A DNA stretch of 64,000 bases, taken from IMG/VR virus record IMGVR_UViG_3300032288_004702, positions 64,001 through 128,000 of that record. The stretch is one strand, 5' to 3'. The position numbers and the translations under genes were made by a program. This document shows, piece by piece, positions 1 to 13,776 of this stretch (the stretch's first letter is position 1; each line of letters opens with the position of its first letter). The stretch is from a virus. The notes below the pieces were generated by a model, which worked only from the letters and a program-made list of their open reading frames with translations, made no database searches and had not been told where the DNA came from.

Positions 1-804
1 CATGGCCTCAATTGCGACAGTCCCAAATGGCTCAACGTATATTGTTGGAGTGAAAGTGGCTATTGCTCCACCCATTAATTTTGCTCTCTCTTCAGTCCCT
101 ACTACGCCAACATACTCACCGTATTCCGGGGGTATTCCCTGACCTGCAATAATTAACCGCTTCCCAAGGTGTTTGCAAACATCTACAGCAATTTGATAAC
201 CCTTGCGCTCTATTAGTCTTCCGATGTAGAGGTAGTAGTCATCTGGTTCTATTTGTGTCGGAAAATCATCGACATCTATATAGCTAGGTATTACGGTATC
301 GTAGAACTTGCCATCTAGTACATGCGGGTCAGTAACTTTGGAGCCATAACAGGAGTGCATCCATGCATACGACTCAAAAACTTTGTACTTAGCGAAAGAA
401 CCGCCGTATCCAATTCCGAACTCTACGCTTAGCTCGTCTGGAAAAGCATCTGCAATTGGCTTAGAGGCATAACCGGCGATGAGGCAAATAAAGTCCTTGT
501 GCTCAAGACGCTTACGCATCTGATAAATAACATTTCCATTAAAAGTAACCCAGTGGGGCAGATTCCAGTCAAATGATGCTGCTGAATAGTGATTTTGCCC
601 AACTGCTTGCAGCCGCTGCTCCTCGGTAATGCACATAATATGCTCATCACATGACGCTTCATTGAACTCTCCACCGTAAAGAAACACGGTATGGCCCAAG
701 TTCTTCATCATTATGCAGAACTTGCGGACCTTCTCCGTATAAGCGCAGGCTGTAAATTCTTCAGTAGTGTTGGTGTGTGGTAGTGAAACTACGTGGAAAC
801 GCAT
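1..804 (-). CDS. Glycosyltransferase family 4 (runs off window start)
   Basis: Not in the ORF track. Hand translation from ATG at 804: MRFHVVSLPHTNTTEEFTACAYTEKVRKF...YIGRLIERKG...YVEPFGTVAIEAM, with GT-B motifs GRL..RKG and EPFG..IEAM. Confidence 0.85.
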   Translation of the reverse strand, partial: MRFHVVSLPHTNTTEEFTACAYTEKVRKFCIMMKNLGHTVFLYGGEFNEASCDEHIMCITEEQRLQAVGQNHYSAASFDWNLPHWVTFNGNVIYQMRKRLEHKDFICLIAGYASKPIADAFPDELSVEFGIGYGGSFAKYKVFESYAWMHSCYGSKVTDPHVLDGKFYDTVIPSYIDVDDFPTQIEPDDYYLYIGRLIERKGYQIAVDVCKHLGKRLIIAGQGIPPEYGEYVGVVGTEERAKLMGGAIATFTPTIYVEPFGTVAIEAM

Positions 805-813
805 TAAACCATC

Positions 814-1782
814 TTAATACTTGATAATGTAATTAACCGTAAGCATGGGCTGGATGTTTTCAACTGCGGAACTGGCCGTATACCCACCGTCCGTCGTGTT
901 TGACGTGCTCGGTCCGCCTGTTGTTAGGTTGTTTGTATCAACCGTGACTGTATGTGCATGGCTATTGACACCATGCGAATGGTCGGAACTATGTCTATGG
1001 TCGTACATGCCATGGTTGTGGTATGGGTTTGAGTCGCCAGAGGTGCCGTTTGTGAACGAATGTTGATGGCTTCCTTCGTACTCCGATATTCCATAATTGG
1101 AAAGGTTTTGGCCCGATGCCGAAACCCTGGCTCTTGCCGTTCCCGACCCGGCATCAGTTACAAAATAAAGCCTATGCTCGTGATAGCCGGCTGAGTAATG
1201 GGTGTGGTCGACGCTGTGGTTGTGATTAATCGATACCGACTCTGTTCCGCTGGGGCTGGGAGAGCCTATTCCTGCAGATGCGGTGGTCGTACTGGTGGAT
1301 GTACCACCACTATTTCCCGTATTTGTTCCCACAGTATGGGCATGGCTGGCACTGTGGGTATGGCTATTAAGGCCATGGACGTGCGCCGGCATATTGTTGG
1401 CCACTAGCGTTACGGATTCTGTTCCATACCAAGAGCCCAATGCCCTATTGGTAAGAGTAGAGCCGCCCGATATTGCCCCGGATGACGCAGAGGTGCCACC
1501 GCCAGAACCCTGACCGGCCCCAACTAGCGTTCGTCCTTTTGTGTTTGGAACATGAAAGGTTGTACTTCCGTCGCCAGCTCCAAATGTGGTTGATATTGCT
1601 GCAAACAAGTTTGCATAGGTTGTTCTTGAATATGTAGAACCATCGCATAGCAGCCAACCGTCGGGGGCAGACGAGCCTGCATACGGCATCATCGCACCCG
1701 GAGGTATCAATTCAAATCCAGCAGGAACAGAGTCTGTCGATACGGTAATCCCGTCCTTTACGGCAAATTTAGTTCTCGGCAT
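814..1782 (-). CDS. Phage tail-collar domain protein, His/Ser/Thr-rich
   Basis: PPGAMMPYAGSSAPDGWLLCDG...YANLFAAI...FHVPNTKGR collar motif; C-terminal NIQPMLTVNYIIKY. Confidence 0.85.
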   Translation of the reverse strand: MPRTKFAVKDGITVSTDSVPAGFELIPPGAMMPYAGSSAPDGWLLCDGSTYSRTTYANLFAAISTTFGAGDGSTTFHVPNTKGRTLVGAGQGSGGGTSASSGAISGGSTLTNRALGSWYGTESVTLVANNMPAHVHGLNSHTHSASHAHTVGTNTGNSGGTSTSTTTASAGIGSPSPSGTESVSINHNHSVDHTHYSAGYHEHRLYFVTDAGSGTARARVSASGQNLSNYGISEYEGSHQHSFTNGTSGDSNPYHNHGMYDHRHSSDHSHGVNSHAHTVTVDTNNLTTGGPSTSNTTDGGYTASSAVENIQPMLTVNYIIKY

Positions 1783-2140
1783 TCCGGTCCTCCTGCTGTG
1801 CGAGCTTTTGTTCGCTAGTCATTGCTGACCATGTTGACTCAAATGCATCAATATCCCAGTTTGCCCAAGTTGCAGGGACGCCCTGCCCAGGTAATGGACC
1901 TAGGTCTACGACATATGGCAATGGACTCTCAACAGTACTTGTTATATCCCGAACCCCTTGTCTCCAGATTCTCCAGTCATTTTTTATTTCATCAGACAGT
2001 GGGGAATCCGGTGATTGAGTCCAATCGCTTTCTTTTAACAAAACATCCCTCATCTGACGCAAAGCAGCCAATAGCTCTTCCTGTGTTGTCGCTGGCTTAT
2101 CAAACGGCGCAAGTGGCCAGCCATATATCTGAATTCTCAT
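1769..2140 (-). CDS. Tail fibre assembly chaperone-like protein
   Basis: RDVLLKESDWTQSPDSPL...WRIWRQGVRDI motif; adjacent to the collar protein. Confidence 0.75.
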   Translation of the reverse strand: MRIQIYGWPLAPFDKPATTQEELLAALRQMRDVLLKESDWTQSPDSPLSDEIKNDWRIWRQGVRDITSTVESPLPYVVDLGPLPGQGVPATWANWDIDAFESTWSAMTSEQKLAQQEDRNAEN

Positions 2141-2304
2141 GATTTATGACTTCCTTGCTCTTTTTCTTTTCTGATACTGTCTATGGCGGCTTTTGTCGTA
2201 TCAACGTCACCACCAAGGTGGTGTTTGGCAAACTGCTCCAGCATTGCCAGTTCCACGATTTCAACATCGCTATACACGACTACTTCTTTTTGAATATTTT
2301 CCAT
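2137..2304 (-). CDS. Hypothetical protein
   Basis: MENIQKEVV...; overlaps both neighbours in the operon. Confidence 0.5.
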   Translation of the reverse strand: MENIQKEVVVYSDVEIVELAMLEQFAKHHLGGDVDTTKAAIDSIRKEKEQGSHKS

Positions 2305-3065
2305 CTTTTTTTCCCACCATTTATAGGGCACTCGCTCAACATTTTATCAACCTTTATGCGTTCGCGCCTGTATGGACCCGCCGTTCCATCATGTGGCGCT
2401 ATGTGCCCCATCCCAAAACCAGTAGTGGCGACGTATTTAAAGTAGGACTCATCGTTGAAAACGATTTCCTCAAAATCTGAGTCTCTCTTAAACGGAATCA
2501 ACTGTGCAATTGGTGTTCCGACTTTTATGGAGAATGGGGCATTCCCCGTTATGTTTAGAACGATGTTGGCCAGGTGGTAATAATCTGTATTTATTATTGC
2601 CGGAAGAACTGAGAAGTTTTCATTCGGCTCCCAGTGAATAGGCAGAAGAATGGTTGACCACCCAGGCGCAGTCTCGAATCTCCAGGGGTTCACGAGTTTC
2701 GGATACTGCCCTGTTTCTATTTGCCTCATATCGGTTACTGGACACGAGCCGGTTGACTCATAAGCAAAGCCCTGAACGTTGTTGATACCAGCCTGGGGGC
2801 TGAAGTCATCCCCGCCCGTCTCCCAAGCTCCATGAGAATCTGGTCTAAATCGGTAGTTTGTCCAAAGGGGAAGGGTTACACCTGCCCCTAGATAATCGAT
2901 TGTCCCTGCGCAGCGCCTGATGGAGCCCTGATGTTTCCCAATTCTTTTAAACCATGAAGGCTGATTGGTAACGCTGTTTACGAATGGCGGAAACTCCATC
3001 ATTCTGTTGTCAACTGGAGTAAATCTAATTTGACCGGGTTTTACAGGGGGGAGCTTATGGCTCAT
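2280..3065 (-). CDS. Conserved phage hypothetical protein (possible dUTPase-like beta fold at the C-terminus)
   Basis: About 261 aa; PKLVNPWRFETAPGWS...PAIINTDYYH...IKVGTPIAQLIPFKR. Confidence 0.6.
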   Translation of the reverse strand: MSHKLPPVKPGQIRFTPVDNRMMEFPPFVNSVTNQPSWFKRIGKHQGSIRRCAGTIDYLGAGVTLPLWTNYRFRPDSHGAWETGGDDFSPQAGINNVQGFAYESTGSCPVTDMRQIETGQYPKLVNPWRFETAPGWSTILLPIHWEPNENFSVLPAIINTDYYHLANIVLNITGNAPFSIKVGTPIAQLIPFKRDSDFEEIVFNDESYFKYVATTGFGMGHIAPHDGTAGPYRRERIKVDKMLSECPINGGKKRWKIFKKK

Positions 3066-4603
3066 TTGTACAACCATTCTTCATCGGGAGACGAAAGCTC
3101 TCTTAAAGCGGTTGCGTGGTCAACTAATTCATGGTTGTGTCTGCCCTGTCGCATTTTATCAATTTCGTAAAATACCTGTTCACGTATGGCCATCATATTC
3201 ATAGCGCGAGTGCAGGCATCTTTGCTTATTATTCCCTGGCCTTGGGCCACGTGGGCCAGGTGTGGAGCTTGGAACATTTCTCCTGAATTTGATTCGAAGT
3301 CATAACGTGACGGAGGTTTTTCTGACCAAAGCTCTATCAATTCTTGCAACTCTTCATTTATTGGCATGTTCGACATTTCTTTCCAAAAGGGAGTATCTTG
3401 TCTGTCGGTATAATAATGAAGCCTAATCATTGTCAGTATGTTGCGCATCATTTTGTCAAAACCCTTATTGAAATGTTTTTGCGACGCCGTGTGTCCCGGT
3501 GCGTAGGATGCAATATATGGAATTGACTGCCTAACTTGTTGAATCGTCGAACCAATGCTTGTCGCCTCAAGTGGCTCGACAAAAGAAGAAGCTAAACCTA
3601 TTGCTATGCAGTTTTTCACCCATGAATTTCTCAAATATCCGGCATCAAATGAAATTATTCGCGGATTTTCTACTTTGTATCCGGTCATTTTTTCTGCTTC
3701 AGCGATTGCCTGTTCCGGTGCCAAAAACTCGGAACAGAATACATAACCGTTTCCTCGACGCTCTTGAGTAGGAATCTCCCACATCCACCCCGAAGAAGCA
3801 GCCCTTGCTCTGGTGTATGGCCGTATCTTCCCATTTGGGTCACTTTCAGTTGGGAAAGGTATCGCTGTGTTGCTAAGAAGATACTTATTAAACGAAACCC
3901 ATTCTGTGTTGCCTAGCTTTGTCATCAAAAGTCTATTAAATCCACTCGCATCAAACCAAAAATCTGCATTGACTTCATCGCCTTGTGCAGTCTTTATTGA
4001 CTTAATGTTCCCATTTTCCGGGTTGACCAATACTTCCGAAACATCTCCATCGACAAACTTGACAGAACGCTTGAATGCGAGTGAAATAAAATACTCGTTT
4101 AGCTTAAACGTGTCAAAATGAAACTGATTCGTACTTGAGTGCAGTCCATTACGGCTTATTTTATCTTTTATGATTCCAACGCTTGATGTGTTTGGGGTAA
4201 ATAATCTGTCCTGCTCCATTAATCCCATGTAGGTTCCATAGAGACCAAAAGCAAAGATGTCGTCTACGGCCCCAACGCTGTGAAAATAGTCTGGATTTTT
4301 ATTGCACCAGTTTTCATACCTAATCCCATATTTATGGGTGGCGGATGTGGCGACAATCATTTCCTCCAAAGGGATTTCGCATATATCCATGAACTGGCGC
4401 CAATGCTCAGTGGAGCCCTCACCAACGCCGATTATTCCAATCTTTGATGAAGAAACTACGGTTATTTCAGATAGCGGAAAGGCTTTTCTGAGCAGCAAGG
4501 ATGCGATAAGACCGGCAGTGCCGGAGCCAACAATTGCTACTGATTGCGGCTTTTGACCAATTCCATTTGTGCGAATGTTTGTTAGGTCTTGGTTAGTCAC
4601 CAT
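3062..4603 (-). CDS. Flavin-dependent halogenase (tryptophan halogenase family)
   Basis: GSGTAG FAD motif, IGVGEGS, catalytic Lys context ATHKYGI, WMWEIP (WxWxIP), FVEPLEATSI. Confidence 0.9.
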   Translation of the reverse strand: MVTNQDLTNIRTNGIGQKPQSVAIVGSGTAGLIASLLLRKAFPLSEITVVSSSKIGIIGVGEGSTEHWRQFMDICEIPLEEMIVATSATHKYGIRYENWCNKNPDYFHSVGAVDDIFAFGLYGTYMGLMEQDRLFTPNTSSVGIIKDKISRNGLHSSTNQFHFDTFKLNEYFISLAFKRSVKFVDGDVSEVLVNPENGNIKSIKTAQGDEVNADFWFDASGFNRLLMTKLGNTEWVSFNKYLLSNTAIPFPTESDPNGKIRPYTRARAASSGWMWEIPTQERRGNGYVFCSEFLAPEQAIAEAEKMTGYKVENPRIISFDAGYLRNSWVKNCIAIGLASSFVEPLEATSIGSTIQQVRQSIPYIASYAPGHTASQKHFNKGFDKMMRNILTMIRLHYYTDRQDTPFWKEMSNMPINEELQELIELWSEKPPSRYDFESNSGEMFQAPHLAHVAQGQGIISKDACTRAMNMMAIREQVFYEIDKMRQGRHNHELVDHATALRELSSPDEEWLYK

Positions 4604-5300
4604 GTTTGACATATACGGTAAACGCTATCTGTGTTGGGATGTGGAAAGAAGTGAACAGCCCGGAGTTTAGTATCTGCTGATGTACTAGATATGCGCCAGT
4701 TTCATCCCCGTTTTCATAGAGATTCCCCAAATCTGAAGCATTTGAAACAACCAAAACACCATTGCTGTTCAGCGAAGAGATGACAGCATCTAGCAGATGC
4801 TCGTTAAAACCGAGAGACTGACAATAAACGAGAGCCATATCCTGTGTTCCAGCAAGAGAGGCAATATCAGAATAATTGACGGTTGTAAAGTTATCAAAAA
4901 TTGAAACATCTGAATACTTGCACACACTTTGTGTGATAATCGTATTTAAGACAGTAACTTCGTCAATATATGGGGCAACCCTTGTTAGGCTTTCTAAGGC
5001 ACCAACAACAAACATTTTCTGCGGTTGGCGCATTCTCACAAGGGCTTCGACTATGTCTACACATGCAGCAATTAGGTTTCTGAATTCTGCATTGTCGTCT
5101 GAGCCGAGAATGAACGAATGGAACTCGTCTACAAAAATAACGCGCTCTAATGGTATGCCTGATGAGTCATATACTTGACGCATCTTGACATAGATATTTT
5201 TCAGTTCGTTATCAGAAAGAACTGGGGCAGAGTCACCGTTAGCCCTAGTGTGCATGGACCTGGCAATGCGAGACATTTCCTCAATTGTGAAATTAGGCAT
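4593..5300 (-). CDS. Hypothetical protein, possible SAM-methyltransferase-like fold
   Basis: 235 aa ORF in the operon; C-terminal 'SSLNSNGVLVV' resembles an MTase strand; weak. Confidence 0.5.
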   Translation of the reverse strand: MPNFTIEEMSRIARSMHTRANGDSAPVLSDNELKNIYVKMRQVYDSSGIPLERVIFVDEFHSFILGSDDNAEFRNLIAACVDIVEALVRMRQPQKMFVVGALESLTRVAPYIDEVTVLNTIITQSVCKYSDVSIFDNFTTVNYSDIASLAGTQDMALVYCQSLGFNEHLLDAVISSLNSNGVLVVSNASDLGNLYENGDETGAYLVHQQILNSGLFTSFHIPTQIAFTVYVKHGD

Positions 5301-5529
5301 TTGTTGCCTCCTCGATTAATGGCGCAAGGAATTTTGCAAAATATAGATGACGCAATTCTCCGTATGCCCGGTTGTACTCTGCAGGGGTGAGATTTGACCT
5401 TAGCCCGCTTTTGACAGTTTTATAGTTTTCCTCGGTTACGGTCATATCCGAAACTCCGGCTAGTCCGCAGATGCGAATCATTCTTGTTTCCACATACTGC
5501 ATGTGGTCCTCTAGCGAATAGCTAATCAT
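5293..5529 (-). CDS. Hypothetical protein
   Basis: MISYSLEDH...; coupled to its neighbours. Confidence 0.55.
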   Translation of the reverse strand: MISYSLEDHMQYVETRMIRICGLAGVSDMTVTEENYKTVKSGLRSNLTPAEYNRAYGELRHLYFAKFLAPLIEEATNA

Positions 5530-5779
5530 CGTCTTCCTCTTGTTTAAATGACGGCATTGGCGTCGACATGAAAATGCACCTAAACTTATCACCTTCTGAG
5601 TCGATGACAGCATGTTGGGTTAGGTCGTATTTTTTGGCTACCCACTCCATCTCGTCGTAATCTGCTTCAACCAGGTCTTGGTGGTCTTTTTCTTTTAGTG
5701 AATCGCCATCCCATGGCCTTCTATTTCTTATGTTTCCTATTGGTCTAAAATGCGATGAAAAATAACTGAATATACTCAT
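5522..5779 (-). CDS. Hypothetical protein
   Basis: 85 aa with overlapping start/stop coupling. Confidence 0.55.
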   Translation of the reverse strand: MSIFSYFSSHFRPIGNIRNRRPWDGDSLKEKDHQDLVEADYDEMEWVAKKYDLTQHAVIDSEGDKFRCIFMSTPMPSFKQEEDDD

Positions 5780-6357
5780 CTAAACCACGTCACTAACGAA
5801 TATTTAGTCCCAGCGACCACGGGGTGCGCTATATGGAGATATGGAAAATTGCTAGGAAACATAACTACCGAACCTGCTTCGCATTCTACGGTTGTATCAA
5901 ATAGGGGGAACTCTAAACTTCCGCCCGATTCGGGGGAAACAAGGTTTGCAACCATACTGAAAACTCTGGCGTTATCCCTGAAATGGTCATAGTGGCTATG
6001 GTATTCAGACTCTGGCAAATATTTGAGCACTTGATACGGCTCGAACACTGCGCTCGCTATTAAATATTCTTTTCTATAGTCTTCCGCAACCTCAGCAACC
6101 TGGTCTCCTATTGTTCTTTGAAAAAACTTAGACAATTCGGTTTCTGGATATGGTTTCATAAATGAAACTAACGAGCAGGATAAAGAAGTGCGATATTGCG
6201 TTATGGCACCCTGGCCAACACCAGACGAACCCCATCCGAGCTCTGACCATTCATTTTCAATTTCTTCATTAAGCATATTTATAAAAGATTTCGCCATATC
6301 TGGCTCGAAAACTTCTTTATATACGGTTATGCAGGTTGCTGGTTTTTCAATTTTCAT
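5776..6357 (-). CDS. 2OG-Fe(II) oxygenase, prolyl-4-hydroxylase-like
   Basis: HxD (HYDH), GGSLEF, GSVVMFPSNFPYLH..HPV..GTKYSLVTW. Confidence 0.88.
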   Translation of the reverse strand: MKIEKPATCITVYKEVFEPDMAKSFINMLNEEIENEWSELGWGSSGVGQGAITQYRTSLSCSLVSFMKPYPETELSKFFQRTIGDQVAEVAEDYRKEYLIASAVFEPYQVLKYLPESEYHSHYDHFRDNARVFSMVANLVSPESGGSLEFPLFDTTVECEAGSVVMFPSNFPYLHIAHPVVAGTKYSLVTWFR

Positions 6358-6776
6358 ACAACCTCAAAGGAAGATACTAAAAATTTTTCATCATTATCGA
6401 ATATGGCAAATTCATATGTGCCTGCTTCATGGAAGCGAGTTCTAAACTTTACGACGTGGCGCTCCAGGACTGTTGGTTTATGGCTAGTTTTAACCCCGGC
6501 TGGCGAAACAGTTTCCATTCTTGTTTCTCGGCCCATATTGAGAAATTCGTTTGTTACGTCTACAGAAAAAATACGGCCGGACTTAACTGTCTCGTCGTGG
6601 TTGGCGGCACAAAACTCAGGAACTGAAATAATAGAAATTGATTCCTTATTTATACCGTCTCCAATGGAGCCAGTCCTGATTGACAGCTGGGCATCTTTTG
6701 CGAGTTTTTCAGCTTCTTTTGGTACTACCAAATCATTTTCAACTAGAAAATGCGGGACATAGACAAAACGTTTCAT
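6354..6776 (-). CDS. Hypothetical protein
   Basis: 140 aa, coupled in the operon. Confidence 0.6.
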   Translation of the reverse strand: MKRFVYVPHFLVENDLVVPKEAEKLAKDAQLSIRTGSIGDGINKESISIISVPEFCAANHDETVKSGRIFSVDVTNEFLNMGRETRMETVSPAGVKTSHKPTVLERHVVKFRTRFHEAGTYEFAIFDNDEKFLVSSFEVV

Positions 6777-7009
6777 TGAAGCTCATTTAGCTTACTTTCA
6801 ATTAGCTCCAAGGCCGAAACAAGACCCCTGACCCTATTGTATTCACCGGCAAATGAACCATCCGTTGATGTTGGAAGCTCGTCAACAGAAGCAAAGGTAT
6901 CCGGGTCTATGCCTAGGCGAATAAGGATGTTGTAAATCTCTGTCGTGATTCCGGCTTTCGAGTTCCGAAGGGCCATCTCTTTTTGTTGATTTGTCAAACC
7001 AAGGTCCAT
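6773..7009 (-). CDS. Hypothetical protein
   Basis: 78 aa, coupled in the operon. Confidence 0.6.
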   Translation of the reverse strand: MDLGLTNQQKEMALRNSKAGITTEIYNILIRLGIDPDTFASVDELPTSTDGSFAGEYNRVRGLVSALELIESKLNELQ

Positions 7010-7017
7010 TTTTTCTC

Positions 7018-8769
7018 CTAAACATTCAGTAGGACATAGGAACTTCCAGAAGATGCGGAAAAATTATCCGAATCGGCCGTAAGACCAGCCCTTGTATCAT
7101 ATGTAATCGTAGCATCTATGGAGTCGGTAAGGACGAGGATTGAGCCCCCTCCACCTGCTCCACCACGCTTTCCAGTTGAGCCTATTCCGCCTGTTCCCCC
7201 TGCGCCACCCGCTCCGCCGGCGCCCCCTGCTCCGCCTGCCCCTCCAGCCCCTCCGGCGCCCCCCACTCCGCCTGGTCCGCCTGGTCCACCTGCATAGTGG
7301 CTATTGGGGTTCGGGTGTGTATGTGGTGCTACGTGGTGATGGTGCCAGGTGGGTGTAGTTGTTGGATGGTGTGCATGTGTGTGGCTATGGTGCGGAAGGC
7401 CAAAATGAGCATGGACATGTCCATCGTGTCCGCCAAACGAACCGTGATAAACGCCTGAGTGGTGATACCCGTTTCCGTCTCCATGGCTATGGCCACCGTG
7501 GCCGTTCGGCTTTTGGTGGTAGTGGGGGAACGGGTGACTGTGGCTTATCTGGAAATAAGCATGCCACCAATGACCATCCCAGTGATGAGCGCCACCATGT
7601 GGACCATCATTATGCGGGTGGTGATAGTGACCAGCATGGTGATGGTGTGGTCCTAGATAGTGATGACCCTTGCCGCCATCAACGTGGGCCCTAACGGAGT
7701 GCGCATGCCGGTCTGAGTGATTTGTGTAATGGTGATGGTGGGAATAATTTCGCGCATCAGGGTTTGGTACGGAGGTTGCCGGGTTTGAGTGAGTAATTCC
7801 AGGCGCTGCAGAGCCGGGAGTTCCTGCAGAGCCGGGAGTTCCTGTGGCCCCAGATGCTCCAGGAGAACCGCTAGCCCCACTTGCGCCAACTGCTCCGGTT
7901 GTTCCAGGGCTTCCAGCAGAACCCGTAGAACCGGACATTCCTAGTGAAATAAATTTTCCCGAACCTGTGATGTACTTTGCCACAATGCAGACAACGCCAC
8001 CACCCATCCCGCCAGTTCCTCCAGCGCCTCCAGCTCCACCAACGCCAGAAGCACCAGGACTACCACTAGCACCACGATTTCCACTAGCACCCGAAGCGCC
8101 CACGGAACCAGGTGAACCCGAAGCACCTGGATAGCCTTTTCCACCAGAAGCGCCAACGGTTGAAGCATTTGGTGGATATGCGCCATTAGCCCCTGGAGTG
8201 CCAGTAGCACCAGCGGAGCCAGCAGAACCAGGAGAGCCAGTAGCACCAGGAGAGCCGGTGGCACCAGCAGAACCAGCAGGCGAGGAACCGGATGCGCCCA
8301 CCGAACCAGTTGAGCCGCGCGAGCCACCAGACATTGGTGAAACACCAAGTGTTGGGTCAATCATTAATCCACCAGACATGGCACTAATGTCTTTATATAG
8401 GTAGGAAGGCAATGCTGTAACGCCGGGGTTGGTCCCACCGCCACCCTGACCGCCGGTTCTGTATGTTATTGCGCCAGAAGTATGACCCTTTAATGTCCCA
8501 TCAGAAACAGCACTTGCTGGCTCCCCTATGGTTCCCGATGTAACGGAACCCAAACCAATGTACCCATCGTTAACTAAAGTGTTTTTTACAAAGACTCTGT
8601 AACCGTTTGTATTGAGAAAAACGCCAGAGTTAACGGTCAAATTATTGTAATACATGTCTGAAGTGATTGATGTATCAGAAGTGATTGTTACGTCGCCGTC
8701 TGTTCCACTCCCGTAGATTCCGTCATTTCCAGAACGACCGACACTTGACTCAACCCTATTGATAGCCAT
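7018..8769 (-). CDS. Gly-rich virion protein with Gly-X-X repeats and a His-rich insert
   Basis: GAS/GSP/GAT and GGA repeats flank an approximately 150-aa His/Gly segment; N-domain paralogous to 8772..9536. Confidence 0.75.
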   Translation of the reverse strand: MAINRVESSVGRSGNDGIYGSGTDGDVTITSDTSITSDMYYNNLTVNSGVFLNTNGYRVFVKNTLVNDGYIGLGSVTSGTIGEPASAVSDGTLKGHTSGAITYRTGGQGGGGTNPGVTALPSYLYKDISAMSGGLMIDPTLGVSPMSGGSRGSTGSVGASGSSPAGSAGATGSPGATGSPGSAGSAGATGTPGANGAYPPNASTVGASGGKGYPGASGSPGSVGASGASGNRGASGSPGASGVGGAGGAGGTGGMGGGVVCIVAKYITGSGKFISLGMSGSTGSAGSPGTTGAVGASGASGSPGASGATGTPGSAGTPGSAAPGITHSNPATSVPNPDARNYSHHHHYTNHSDRHAHSVRAHVDGGKGHHYLGPHHHHAGHYHHPHNDGPHGGAHHWDGHWWHAYFQISHSHPFPHYHQKPNGHGGHSHGDGNGYHHSGVYHGSFGGHDGHVHAHFGLPHHSHTHAHHPTTTPTWHHHHVAPHTHPNPNSHYAGGPGGPGGVGGAGGAGGAGGAGGAGGAGGAGGTGGIGSTGKRGGAGGGGSILVLTDSIDATITYDTRAGLTADSDNFSASSGSSYVLLNV

Positions 8770-8771
8770 AA

Positions 8772-9535
8772 CTACACCCGCGTAATGTAGATATATGTTC
8801 CAGGATTTTGACCAGTCACATCTGTTGATATTCCACTAGGAAGAGAGGAACCGGAAGAAACAACAATAATCACTCCGCCACCAGCAGGAGCTGTTCCTGG
8901 TGCTTTTATATATGCCGTTCCAGAAGAAGGTCCAGAAATGTATCTTGCTGCGATTATCACAACACCACCGCCAGCCTCGCCTGCACCGCCGGCACCTCCA
9001 CGTAGGAAACTTGGTCCACCGGATGCCGTAACGGCATAACCAGTAATAGCCTGATGTGCAACTCTGAAATAGTTTGGGCCACCCATCGCATCAGTTGGAG
9101 CCGTTGCCGAATATCCAGTAGCTGAGCCACCGAGAGAATGCGTTACAGCAGTTGCTGCTTCACCACCCTGCGCAATAGAACCAGCGGTTGAATAACCAGA
9201 CGTATATCCGATTGTCGCATTCGTTCCTGCAAACTTAAGAGTCCCCTTAACGAACACCCTGTATCCGTTCGGCTGAAGACGACAGCTTGTGTTGATTGTT
9301 AGGTCGTTGAAGAACATATCGCGCGTCATTGTGTAGACGCTTGCAGAAGGGCCCATCCCAAGTATGGTTGTTGAGCCATCAAGAACAACATCACCATCCG
9401 AGCCGTTGCCGTACACAATGTCAGCACCTTCGTTGTAGTAGGCAACCCACACAGAACCATCCCACTGCCAACTCTTTGAACCGACAGTATAAATCTGGTT
9501 TGTGTATGGAGAAGACGGAAAAGTAATCGCAGGCA

Positions 9536-9536
<1 letters not shown>
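8772..9536 (-). CDS. Gly-rich virion/tail protein
   Basis: FPSSPYTNQIYT...WQWDGSVW N-terminal motif shared with the next gene; YGNGSDGDV...NGYRVFVK shared with the previous gene. Confidence 0.7.
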
Positions 9537-13532
<3,996 letters not shown>

Positions 13533-13578
13533 GACCTCAATCGCTTCCTTATGAAACCCCCCTCAAGGGGCTATAGGG

Positions 13579-13767
13579 CTACTTTGTTTTGCCGAACGCT
13601 GCGTCGTTCTTGTTAAAGTAACGCATTGCAACGGGGAGAAGTGCAGCCCATAGCGCATTAAGTGCAGCTTTTGGGTCGCCTGTTGCAGCATATGCTGCTA
13701 CTGCTGCACCAATAACGCTTCTCGCATATGATGCGACCATTGCTTTTTGCTGGACTGATAGCTTCAT
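13579..13767 (-). CDS. Small membrane protein, holin-like
   Basis: 62 aa, two hydrophobic helices, ends in NDAAFG. Confidence 0.55.
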   Translation of the reverse strand: MKLSVQQKAMVASYARSVIGAAVAAYAATGDPKAALNALWAALLPVAMRYFNKNDAAFGKTK

Positions 13768-13776
13768 AATTATTCC

